Assembly (NCBI GenBank): GCA_965248975.1
Contig: CBDFKU010000020.1
Location: 152,952 to 216,951 of the forward strand
Direction: 5' to 3'
DNA: 64,000 bases
Origin: Dehalococcoidia bacterium
GTDB lineage: Bacteria; Chloroflexota; Dehalococcoidia; Lucifugimonadales; JAGWBF01
The notes beneath the pieces were generated by a model. It searched no databases. It was not told the origin of the DNA and saw only the letters and a program-made list of their open reading frames with translations. Positions within the stretch are counted from its first letter, which is position 1. Every line of letters starts with the position of its first letter. This document shows positions 44,771 through 52,570 of the stretch, in pieces. A program made the position numbers and the translations under genes.

Positions 44771-45913
44771 ATGGCAGACCAGAAGGTCGAGCTCAAGCGA
44801 GGCTTGAGGGATGTCTACATAGACACCACTGAAGCCAGCTTCGTCGACGGCCAGGCGGGTAAGCTCCTCTATCGCGGCTATAACATCCACGACCTCGCCG
44901 AGAAGTCTACATTCGAGGAAGTGGTCTATCTCCTCCTGTACGGAAGCCTGCCCACCAAAAAGCAGTTGGACGAGCTGGACGGCGTACTTCGTTCCAGCAG
45001 GGGCGTTCCCGACGAGGTGATCCAGGTCCTCGCCCTGGTGAAGGGCAGCCATCCAATGGACGCGTTGCGCACCGGGGTTTCGGCCCTGGCCGCTTTCGAC
45101 GCGGAGGTGAACGATAAGTCCATCGAGGCCACGATCCGAAAGGGTGTGCGCCTCACCGCCCAGGCAGCCACCATCGTTGCAGCTCACCACAGGCTCAGGA
45201 ACGGCCTGGACCCGATTCCGCCCAACTCCAGCCTAAACCACGCCGGCAACTTCCTGTATATGTTGGACGGAAACGTACCGGACGCCGAGACCCAGCGACT
45301 TATGGACGTGGACTTCATCCTCCATGCAGAGCATAGCTCCAACGCCTCCGCATTCGGAGCTCGAGTCACGGCTTCCACTCTTTCTGACCTGCACTCGGCC
45401 GTGGTCACCGGGATAGGTGTCCTGAAGGGACCCTCCCACGGCGGCGCGGCCGAAGAGGTCATGAAGATGGCCAATGACATCGGGAACCCCGAGAACGCCG
45501 AGGACTATGCCAGCAAGCTGCTCAGCAGCGGCGGCAGGATCATGGGCTTCGGGCACAGGGTGTACAAGGCCGAGGATCCCCGGGCCCGGCACCTGCGGGA
45601 CCGCTCCCGGGAGCTGGGCGAGAAGAGGGGCCAGCCCCAGTGGTTTCAGATACTGAGATACCTGGAGGAGAAGACCATGGTGCCCTACAGAGAGAAGGGC
45701 ATCTTCGTCAACGTGGACTTCTTCGCCGGTTCCATATACCATCTGCTGAACATTCCGGAGGACATATTCATATCCATCTTCGCTCTGGGGAGGATACCCG
45801 GCTGGACCCTCCAGTGCATGGAGCAATACAAGGACAACATCCTCCTCAGGCCCCTCCTGGACTACAAGGGGCCCATGGACCTGGATTATGTGCCCATCGA
45901 GAACCGCGGCTGA
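44771..45913 (+). CDS. Citrate (or 2-methylcitrate) synthase
   Basis: GPSHGGAAEEVMKM; GFGHRVYKAEDPRA; VNVDFFAG. Confidence 0.85.
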   Translation: MADQKVELKRGLRDVYIDTTEASFVDGQAGKLLYRGYNIHDLAEKSTFEEVVYLLLYGSLPTKKQLDELDGVLRSSRGVPDEVIQVLALVKGSHPMDALRTGVSALAAFDAEVNDKSIEATIRKGVRLTAQAATIVAAHHRLRNGLDPIPPNSSLNHAGNFLYMLDGNVPDAETQRLMDVDFILHAEHSSNASAFGARVTASTLSDLHSAVVTGIGVLKGPSHGGAAEEVMKMANDIGNPENAEDYASKLLSSGGRIMGFGHRVYKAEDPRARHLRDRSRELGEKRGQPQWFQILRYLEEKTMVPYREKGIFVNVDFFAGSIYHLLNIPEDIFISIFALGRIPGWTLQCMEQYKDNILLRPLLDYKGPMDLDYVPIENRG

Positions 45914-45954
45914 TGGGCTGAGGCTCGGAGTCCGGCCGTCACTGGCACGTTGAT

Positions 45955-45986
45955 CAGGGGGGTTGTCTGACCCCCCTGTATTTTTT
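45955..45986 (+). terminator. Rho-independent terminator after citrate synthase
   Basis: cagggggg ttgtctga cccccctg tatttttt. Confidence 0.8.
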
Positions 45987-46003
45987 CGCTGGCGGTACAG
46001 CGC

Positions 46004-47257
46004 TTGGACCTACAGGCGGAAATACGGCGGCGGATAGTCGAGCGAGGCCCCATCCCCTTCGTCGAGTTCATGGATCTGGCGTTGTACTGGCCCGACGGAG
46101 GGTACTACTCCAGCCCTGATGTGATCGGGGCGCGGGGGGACTTCTATACCGCCCCTACGGCCCATCCCGCCTTCGGCGCCCTGTTAAGCCTCCAGGTGTG
46201 CCAGATGTGGCGGATTCTGGATGAGCCGTCCCGTTTCTGGGTGGTGGAGATGGGAGCCGGCGGTGGCCTGCTGTGCCACGATCTGATGGCGTACAGCTCA
46301 CACCTGCCCCAGGAGTTTCGAAGCTCTCTCCGCTATCTTTGCGTAGACCGGCTGGGTCGCACCGGTGCGGAGGATAATCTTCCCACGGAAGCCAGGCGGG
46401 CGGTGAGTCGCCTGGTCGCCAACGGCGCGCCGCTAGCTGGGATAACCGGCTGCTTCCTCTCCAACGAGCTTCTCGACTCCCTCCCGGTCCACAGGGTCAC
46501 GGTCAGGGACGGCGCGTTTCAGGAGATATACGTCACCCTCGAGGAAAACCGCTTCGTCGAGGTCCTGGGCCCGCCTTCCACTCCGGCCCTGGAGCGGCGC
46601 CTGGGCTCGCTGGGCGTGACCCTGGCCGAGGGCTCCATAGCAGAGATTAACCTGGCCATGGAGCCCTGGCTGGAAGAGGTGTCACAGGCGTTGCAGCGTG
46701 GTTTCCTGCTGACGGTGGACTACGGCGACCTCGCTGCCGAGCTGTACTCCCCGCGCCGACGGAGAGGCACCCTTTCCTGCTTCCACGGCCACACCCAGAC
46801 CGACGACCCCTACCGACGGGTGGGCGCCCAGGACATGACCTCCCATGTCGACTTCACTACGCTGGTGGAGGCTGGTAAGGCCCGGGGCCAGGAGCCTCTG
46901 GGCGGCTGTACGCAGGGGGAGTTCCTGGGAAACCTCGGGCTGACGAAGCTGATGGGACGGCTGATGAGGATGGGCCTGGGACAGAGGGAGACGGACGCTA
47001 ATAGGATGGGGATGCTCGATATTGCTAGGTCCGGCGGCATGGGAGACTTCAAAGTACTCGCTCAGGGCAAGGGTGTAGGACAACTACCTCCGTTATGGGG
47101 TTTCACACCTTCCCGGGAGCTGGAAGAGGTGCTGGAGACCCTGCCCGTACCACTGCTGAGCCCCCTGCACGCGCCCCTGCTAGAGGGACGCTACCCCCAT
47201 CTGACCCAGGGCTGGGACGACCTCTGGCCCGGCGAGAGTGGGGAGGCAGCGCACTGA
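46004..47257 (+). CDS. MidA/NDUFAF7-like class I SAM-dependent methyltransferase (DUF185)
   Basis: GPIPFVEFMDLALYWPDGGYY; VVEMGAGGG; FLSNELLDSLP; TSHVDFT. TTG start. Confidence 0.7.
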   Translation: MDLQAEIRRRIVERGPIPFVEFMDLALYWPDGGYYSSPDVIGARGDFYTAPTAHPAFGALLSLQVCQMWRILDEPSRFWVVEMGAGGGLLCHDLMAYSSHLPQEFRSSLRYLCVDRLGRTGAEDNLPTEARRAVSRLVANGAPLAGITGCFLSNELLDSLPVHRVTVRDGAFQEIYVTLEENRFVEVLGPPSTPALERRLGSLGVTLAEGSIAEINLAMEPWLEEVSQALQRGFLLTVDYGDLAAELYSPRRRRGTLSCFHGHTQTDDPYRRVGAQDMTSHVDFTTLVEAGKARGQEPLGGCTQGEFLGNLGLTKLMGRLMRMGLGQRETDANRMGMLDIARSGGMGDFKVLAQGKGVGQLPPLWGFTPSRELEEVLETLPVPLLSPLHAPLLEGRYPHLTQGWDDLWPGESGEAAH

Positions 47258-47265
47258 GGGGGCCG

Positions 47266-47496
47266 TCAACCCCAGGGTTTCAGCTCTTCCCCTTCTTCCA
47301 GGGGAAGGAACATGCGAAAGGTGATGACTGGCCCGTACACGAAGGAGGCCACGATCGCCAGAACTTGGAGGAATAGCCCGGCGAAACCGACCCATAGACC
47401 GAGGACGATGGATCCGGCTAAAAGTGCCGTCATGTCGTAGATATCCACCAGACCCGCCGATGACCGTTCCTTCTGCATCTGTACGCGCCTTTGCAT
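47266..47496 (-). CDS. Small membrane protein, unknown function
   Basis: Two hydrophobic helices (ALLAGSIVLGLWVGFAGLFLQVLAIVASFVYGPVI). Coding status unverified. Confidence 0.35.
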   Translation of the reverse strand: MQRRVQMQKERSSAGLVDIYDMTALLAGSIVLGLWVGFAGLFLQVLAIVASFVYGPVITFRMFLPLEEGEELKPWG

Positions 47497-47532
47497 AGGT
47501 ACCTCCCTACTCTATGTGCTCCGCCACCGGCA

Positions 47533-48099
47533 TTAAGCCTCGCCGCCGTTAAGGCCCAACTGCGCCGAAATCGGTTTCAGACTCTCGATGACGAAGTTTA
47601 CGTGCTCTTCTAGGTCCACTCCCAGATCCTCGGCGCCCAGCGAGATGTCTTCCCGCTTCACGTCCTTGGCGAAGGCCTTGTCCTTCATCTTCTTGAACAC
47701 GGACTTTGGAGTGACGTCGTCCAGGCTTTTGGTCGGCCTGACCAGAGCCACCGCCCTGACGAACCCCGAGAGCTCGTCGACGGCGAAAAGGGTGCGCTCC
47801 ATCAGGCTTTCTCGGCGAAGGCCGGTGTGGTCGCCGTGGGTCAGGACGGCGCGGATGATGGGTTCCGGATAGCCCCGCTCCCTCAGAACTTCGGCACCGT
47901 AGGTGGGGTGCTGCTCTGGTGTGGGAACGATTTCCCAGTCGAAATCGTGGAGCAGCCCGGCGATGCCCCACTGCTCTTCGTCCTCGTCGTATTTTCGGGC
48001 GTAGGCCACCATGGCGGCTTCTACGGCAAGCAGATGCTTCATCAACGTTTCGGTCTTGACGAACTCCTCGAGGATTTGTAGGGTCCCCTCTCTATCCAT
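47533..48099 (-). CDS. HD-domain phosphohydrolase
   Basis: HLLAVEAAM..; GLLHDFDWE; LTHGDHTG. Confidence 0.75.
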   Translation of the reverse strand: MDREGTLQILEEFVKTETLMKHLLAVEAAMVAYARKYDEDEEQWGIAGLLHDFDWEIVPTPEQHPTYGAEVLRERGYPEPIIRAVLTHGDHTGLRRESLMERTLFAVDELSGFVRAVALVRPTKSLDDVTPKSVFKKMKDKAFAKDVKREDISLGAEDLGVDLEEHVNFVIESLKPISAQLGLNGGEA

Positions 48100-48964
48100 C
48101 GGGGCCCTCCCCCTCTAGTTCCGGTTCCTCGAGTCCGGCTCCGCCGATCGCGTTGGACCCGTTGGCGTCGGCTTTCGGGGAGCACCTGCGGGCCGTGGTG
48201 ATGAACCCGGTGTGGGCCACCATCCGGTGGGCCGGCCGCACGCTGCGGTGGGTCACGCTCCAGGGTCGCAGGAGCACCTCCACCGTCTCGATCAGCTGGA
48301 ACCGCGTGTCGGACGTGAGGGCCTCCACCAGCTGGTGGACCTGTAGGATAGTGGGCAGGAAGCTGAGGAAGATACCGCCCATGGCCAGGGACCGGGCCAC
48401 CCCCGGCACGGCCTGCCAGGGCTCGGGCAGGTCCAGGACTACCCGGTCCACGTTCCTCTCTTCGATACCCTGATATACGTCGCCCATCTTCAAGGTATGA
48501 TTGCACGCGCCGGGCACCAGGGTGCGCAGGTTCTCCATGCCCCGGGCGGCCATGTCCTCACGGACCTCGTAAGTCGTGACACGGCCCCTCTCGCCGACGG
48601 CCCTGAGCAGAGCGGCCGTCAAAGCCCCGGAGCCCAGGCCGGCCTCCACCACCGTGGCGCCCGGAAATATGTCGGCCGTTACCAGGATGTTGCCCAGGTC
48701 CTTGGGATAGACCACCTGGGCGCCCCTGGGCATCTCAAGGACGTAGTCACCCAGGGTCGGCTTCACGGCCAGCAGGCTCTGGCCGCGGCTCGTGCGCAGC
48801 CATTCTCCCTGTTCCTTCCCGATTATCTCCCGATGGGCCAGGGTGCCCACGTGGGTGTGGAAAGTGCCCTCGTCCCGGAGCGTCAGAAGATACCTCCTGC
48901 CCTTGCGGTCAATGAGGAGGGCTAGGTCACCCTCTCGGAAATCACCCGTTGAGTTGGTAACCAT
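48092..48964 (-). CDS. trmI: tRNA (adenine-N1)-methyltransferase, TrmI/GCD14 family
   Basis: VVEAGLGSGALTAALLRAVG..; VVLDLPEPW. 8-nt overlap with the HD gene. Confidence 0.8.
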   Translation of the reverse strand: MVTNSTGDFREGDLALLIDRKGRRYLLTLRDEGTFHTHVGTLAHREIIGKEQGEWLRTSRGQSLLAVKPTLGDYVLEMPRGAQVVYPKDLGNILVTADIFPGATVVEAGLGSGALTAALLRAVGERGRVTTYEVREDMAARGMENLRTLVPGACNHTLKMGDVYQGIEERNVDRVVLDLPEPWQAVPGVARSLAMGGIFLSFLPTILQVHQLVEALTSDTRFQLIETVEVLLRPWSVTHRSVRPAHRMVAHTGFITTARRCSPKADANGSNAIGGAGLEEPELEGEGPDG

Positions 48965-49081
48965 GGCGGGCCTGAGCGGGCTCCTTTGGGTGGATTTCGC
49001 CTGACAATTGCGCCGTCGTGGCCAATTCTACCTTCGGAGACTCTCTCAACATCGAAGCTGCGGCCAAGCTCGTTCCATCCC

Positions 49082-49546
49082 TTAGCCCAGCTTCTCCACC
49101 TCGGCCAGGATGTCCGCCGGATCGGGCAGAGAGCCGGCGGCGTATTCCTCGCGGAATCGGATCACGCCGTCCTTGTCCACGATGACTACCGCCCGGTTAG
49201 GCGTACTCCGGTCGGCGTTCCAGAGGTCGTAGGCCTTGGTCATCCCCCCCTGGGGATGGTAATCGGCCAAGAGAGGATAGGGAATGTTGCCCAGACCGTT
49301 GGCGAACGCTCGGTGGGAGTGCTGGCTGTCAGCGCTTATGCCCAGAACCTGGGCACGCTTCTCCTCGAACCGGGCATTGAACTGCCGGAACGAGGAGACC
49401 TGGTGGGTTCAACCACCGGTGAAGTCGAAGACGTAGAACGAGAGGACAACGTGCTTCTGGCCCTTGTACTGGCCCAGGGTTATCTGCTCGCCTGACTGGG
49501 ATGGTAGCTTGAAATCGGGGGCTCGATCCCCCACCTGTGCCGCCAT
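49082..49546 (-). CDS. Peroxiredoxin (AhpC/TSA-Bcp type) with in-frame TGA at the peroxidatic Cys position: candidate selenocysteine peroxiredoxin
   Basis: The minus strand from ATG 49546 (aaaggagg SD) reads MAAQVGDRAPDFKLPSQSGEQITLGQYKGQKHVVLSFYVFDFTGG-TGA-THQVSSFRQFNARFEEKRAQVLGISADS.. It continues in frame into the listed ORF 49082-49270. The TGA (49409-49411) aligns with Cys of FTGVCTTE in the neighbouring paralog. Confidence 0.7.
49361..49397 (-). promoter_or_regulatory. Bacterial SECIS-like stem-loop starting 11 nt 3' of the in-frame UGA
   Basis: mRNA sense: UGA-ACCCACCAGGU-CUCCUCG-UU-CCGG-CAGUUCAAUGC-CCGG-UU-CGAGGAG. 7-bp and 4-bp stems; the apical loop contains GUU. Confidence 0.55.
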
Positions 49547-49601
49547 ATGTGTGCCTCCTTTAGCTTTGATCGTAGAGAGAAAACTGCCCTCGGATGGGTA
49601 A

Positions 49602-50078
49602 TTAGCTGCCGAGCTGGCTCACCGCCTGCCGGACCTCGTCGTAGTTGGGCTCCTCGGCCGGACTCGGGGCCACCCACTTGTACCGGATCACTCCCTCCTT
49701 GTCCACCACGAACACGGCGCGGTTCGCTGCGACGTACCCGCCCAGCCCCGCCAGGTCCGGGAAGCCGACGCCGTAAGCGTTCACCGCTTTCCGCTCATAG
49801 TCGCTGAGAAGGGGAAAGTTTAGGTTGTTCTGGTCGGACCAGGCCTTCTGGGAGAAGGGCGAGTCGACGCTGATGCCCAACACCTGGGCGTTGAGGGAGT
49901 TGAACTGGTCGGACCGGTCGCGGAAGGTGCACATCTCGGTGGTGCAAACCCCGGTGAATGCCCCGGGGAAGAAAGCCAGGACTACGTTCTTGCCCTTGAA
50001 CTCACTCAGGCTGCGCTGCTGAAGCCCGGAGTCGAACAGAGTGAAGTTAGGAGCCTGCTGACCCGTTTCGGCCGCCAT
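49602..50078 (-). CDS. Peroxiredoxin (AhpC/TSA-Bcp type), Cys form
   Basis: Start at MAAETGQQAPNF (aaggagg SD). FPGAFTGVCTTEMCTF; VLGISVDSPFS. Confidence 0.85.
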   Translation of the reverse strand: MAAETGQQAPNFTLFDSGLQQRSLSEFKGKNVVLAFFPGAFTGVCTTEMCTFRDRSDQFNSLNAQVLGISVDSPFSQKAWSDQNNLNFPLLSDYERKAVNAYGVGFPDLAGLGGYVAANRAVFVVDKEGVIRYKWVAPSPAEEPNYDEVRQAVSQLGS

Positions 50079-50222
50079 CGTCGTACCTCCTTGTGGATGA
50101 TCCGGGGGTCGGAATTCGGGACGCCCGCCTACACCGGGAACAAGGCAGCCACCATTATAACCCATCCGCAGGGGAGGTACTACAGGAACGGTACGGAAAT
50201 GGAGACCTTGCGGAGATTCGGC

Positions 50223-50603
50223 TTAGTCAGTGCCGTAAGGATTATCGATGGCGAAGAGCCACGTTCCGTCGGGCTGGCGGCGGGCCACCTCGGCGCTCAG
50301 GCCGTCCACCTCGGTGGGCTGGCCGTCGGAGCCGGTACCCTTCATCACCCACTTGTGGCACGATAGCACCACTTCGTCGGTGGCCAGGACCTTCTTGGCT
50401 AACACCGTGAGCTTTGGCTTGACTGTGAGGATCTCGGCGTAGGCACGACGGATAGCCTCCGTTCCGGAGACTGCCTGCCCGGGCCCGGGCACGAACTGGG
50501 CCCAGGGCTCGTATAGGGCGACCAGGTCCTCCAGGCCGGCGGGACCCCGCTCGAAGGCCTCACGAAATAGCGAGTACAACTCTTCTGGGTTGTGGGCAGG
50601 CAT
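50223..50603 (-). CDS. SnoaL-like/NTF2-fold (DUF4440-like) protein
   Basis: Size and pattern (..GTEAIRRAYAEIL.., ..RRQPDGTWLFAIDNP) are typical of NTF2-like folds. Confidence 0.55.
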   Translation of the reverse strand: MPAHNPEELYSLFREAFERGPAGLEDLVALYEPWAQFVPGPGQAVSGTEAIRRAYAEILTVKPKLTVLAKKVLATDEVVLSCHKWVMKGTGSDGQPTEVDGLSAEVARRQPDGTWLFAIDNPYGTD

Positions 50604-50609
50604 AGCGCT

Positions 50610-50813
50610 CTAGCCCCCGCCCACGGGCTTGACGATCTCCAGGACGTCCCCTTCCTTGAGCAGCACCTCGGAGAACTTCTCCTTCTCCAGCACCTCGCCG
50701 TTGTAGCCCACGGCCACGTGCTGCAGGTTCACCCCGTGGTTCACCAGGAAGCTCACCAGGTCCAGCGATCTTTCCAGGTCCCGGGGCTTTCCGTTGACCA
50801 TCAGCTTTATCAT
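50610..50813 (-). CDS. thiS: Sulfur-carrier protein ThiS
   Basis: 67 aa ending ..VKPVGGG, adjacent to thiE/thiG. Confidence 0.85.
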   Translation of the reverse strand: MIKLMVNGKPRDLERSLDLVSFLVNHGVNLQHVAVGYNGEVLEKEKFSEVLLKEGDVLEIVKPVGGG

Positions 50814-51535
50814 GCTCTGCGCTCTTTCACCAGCCTGCGCCCCGACGTCTCCACCCCAGCGCCGTTCCCAACGGCAGGTCCAGGCTCCGACCGATCTGCG
50901 CGCCAGGCTAGGCCCAGGGCTTCCTTCAGCTCTCTGGAGGCCCTCTCGGGGTCGTCCGTTGTCAGGATTGCGCTGATGACCGCCGCTCCCGAGGCACCGG
51001 CATCGACGACCTGCCCTATGTTCGTGGCATCGATGCCTCCGATTCCCAAGAATGGGATGTCGGTACGGCTCGCCATCCGAGCGAGCATCTGGGGACCGGC
51101 GGGCTCCGCTCCCGGGTGAGAGCTGGTGGCGAACACTGCACCGGCCACCAGGAAGTCGGCGCCGGACAGCTCGGCGGCACGGGCGCCTTCGACGTTGTGC
51201 ACCGAACGGCCGATTAGGCAGCTGTCCCCGGACACGCTTCGTGCGGAAGCTACCGGGATTCCATCCTCACCCAGCTGGACTCCGTCGGCGCCGCAGGCTA
51301 GGGCCACGTCTACCCTGTCGTTGACGAAGAGGAGGGCTGACCCCTGAGTGATCTTCCGCAGCTTCTCGCCGAGACGGAGAAGGGGCCCTCCAGCCAGCTC
51401 TTTCTCCCTTAGCTGGACCAGGTCGACACCCCCCTCGACGGCCCGCGACACCCTGTCTATCAGGTCGTGGACATCGCGGCAAAGGCGGAGGTCGGTTACC
51501 AGGGCCAGGCAAGGGACCGGTAGGCTGGCCTTCAT
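50810..51535 (-). CDS. thiE: Thiamine-phosphate synthase ThiE
   Basis: VQLREKE..; FVNDRVDVALACGADGVQLG; IGGID. ATGA overlap with thiS. Confidence 0.85.
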   Translation of the reverse strand: MKASLPVPCLALVTDLRLCRDVHDLIDRVSRAVEGGVDLVQLREKELAGGPLLRLGEKLRKITQGSALLFVNDRVDVALACGADGVQLGEDGIPVASARSVSGDSCLIGRSVHNVEGARAAELSGADFLVAGAVFATSSHPGAEPAGPQMLARMASRTDIPFLGIGGIDATNIGQVVDAGASGAAVISAILTTDDPERASRELKEALGLAWRADRSEPGPAVGNGAGVETSGRRLVKERRA

Positions 51536-51540
51536 CGTAG

Positions 51541-52332
51541 CTACCTGGAGGCGGACATGGGCTGGGGCACGTCCTGGGTGGGGCTACTCGCCTCGGCATA
51601 CACCTTCGTCGGGATTCGGCCGGCCAGGTAGGCCATTCGCCCCGCTTCCACGCCCCTCTTGAAGGCTTGGGCCATCATCACCGGGTCCTGGGCCTGGGCG
51701 ATGGCCGTGTTCACCAGCACCGCGTCGGCCCCCATCTCCAGGGCCTGAGAGGCGTCGGAGGGCACGCCCAGACCGGCGTCCACCACCACGGGGACGTTGG
51801 CCTGCTCGACTATGATGCGTATCTCCTCGGCTGTGTGTATACCCCGGCCCGAGCCTATGGCCGAGCCCAGGGGCATGACGGTGGCGCAGCCGACCTCTTC
51901 CAGCCTTTTGGCCAGCACGGGATCGGCGTGGATGTAGGGCAGCACGATGAAGCCCTCCTTCACGAGCTGCTCCGCTGCCTGCAACGTGCCCACCGGATCG
52001 GGAAGGAGATACTTGGCGTCGGGTATCACCTCAAGCTTGACGAAGTTGGTGTTGCCCACGGACCGCCCCAGCTTGGCAATGAACAGCGCTTCCTCGACGG
52101 TACGGCAACCGGCGGTGTTGGGGAGGATCTGGTACTTGTTCCAGTCGAGGTAGTCCAGGATAGTCTTCTTGTTGGGGTCGTCCAGGTCCAGGCGGCGTAT
52201 GGCCACCGTGACCATCTCCGCGCCCGAGGCCTCGATGGACTGGACCATCTCCTCCATCGTGCGGTGGCGGCCGGTTCCCGCGATGAGCCTGGAACTGAAC
52301 TTCTTCCCGCCGATCTCCAGCAGGTCTTCCAT
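51541..52332 (-). CDS. thiG: Thiazole synthase ThiG
   Basis: Start at [21 protein letters not shown] (gaggagaggg SD). VLPY..D; [11 protein letters not shown]; VVVDAGLG. Confidence 0.9.
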   Translation of the reverse strand: MEDLLEIGGKKFSSRLIAGTGRHRTMEEMVQSIEASGAEMVTVAIRRLDLDDPNKKTILDYLDWNKYQILPNTAGCRTVEEALFIAKLGRSVGNTNFVKLEVIPDAKYLLPDPVGTLQAAEQLVKEGFIVLPYIHADPVLAKRLEEVGCATVMPLGSAIGSGRGIHTAEEIRIIVEQANVPVVVDAGLGVPSDASQALEMGADAVLVNTAIAQAQDPVMMAQAFKRGVEAGRMAYLAGRIPTKVYAEASSPTQDVPQPMSASR

Positions 52333-52354
52333 GTGCCCTCTCCTCGTCATCCGC

Positions 52355-52500
52355 GGGAAACAAGAACCGCCAGGATGCACTCCTGGCGGCGGCCTCTAGG
52401 TCCAACCGACCCTTCCCTACGCCGGCATTACCCGGATCAGGTACGGCGGTCGGTGACGAATCGGCCACCCTCTCAGCCTGGCTTACCCAAGCTCCCGACA
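52355..52500 (-). promoter_or_regulatory. TPP (THI-box) riboswitch with terminator-type expression platform, leader of thiG-thiE-thiS
   Basis: Minus strand: ..GCCAGGCTGAGAGGGTGG..ACCTGATCCGGGTAATGCCGGCGTAGGGAAGGG.. (conserved CUGAGA and ACCUGAUCNGGNUAAUGCCNGCGNAGGGAA). Then the hairpin CCGCCAGGA-gtgca-TCCTGGCGG followed by ttcttgttt. Confidence 0.85.
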
Positions 52501-52570
52501 GATTTTGATTGCTATTTGGAGGTTTCTAACTGAATGTTAGCACGGCCCCCTACAAAAGTCAACGCGAGTT

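Noticed and set aside
44581-44832. 83-aa ORF in the citrate synthase leader.
   Set aside because: It has no SD and no recognisable features. It overlaps the citrate synthase start.
49409-49411. The TGA in the peroxiredoxin could be a simple nonsense mutation or pseudogene.
   Set aside because: Not fully excluded. It is judged less likely because the codon falls exactly on the catalytic Cys, the rest of the ORF is intact with conserved motifs on both sides, and a SECIS-like hairpin sits at the expected distance.
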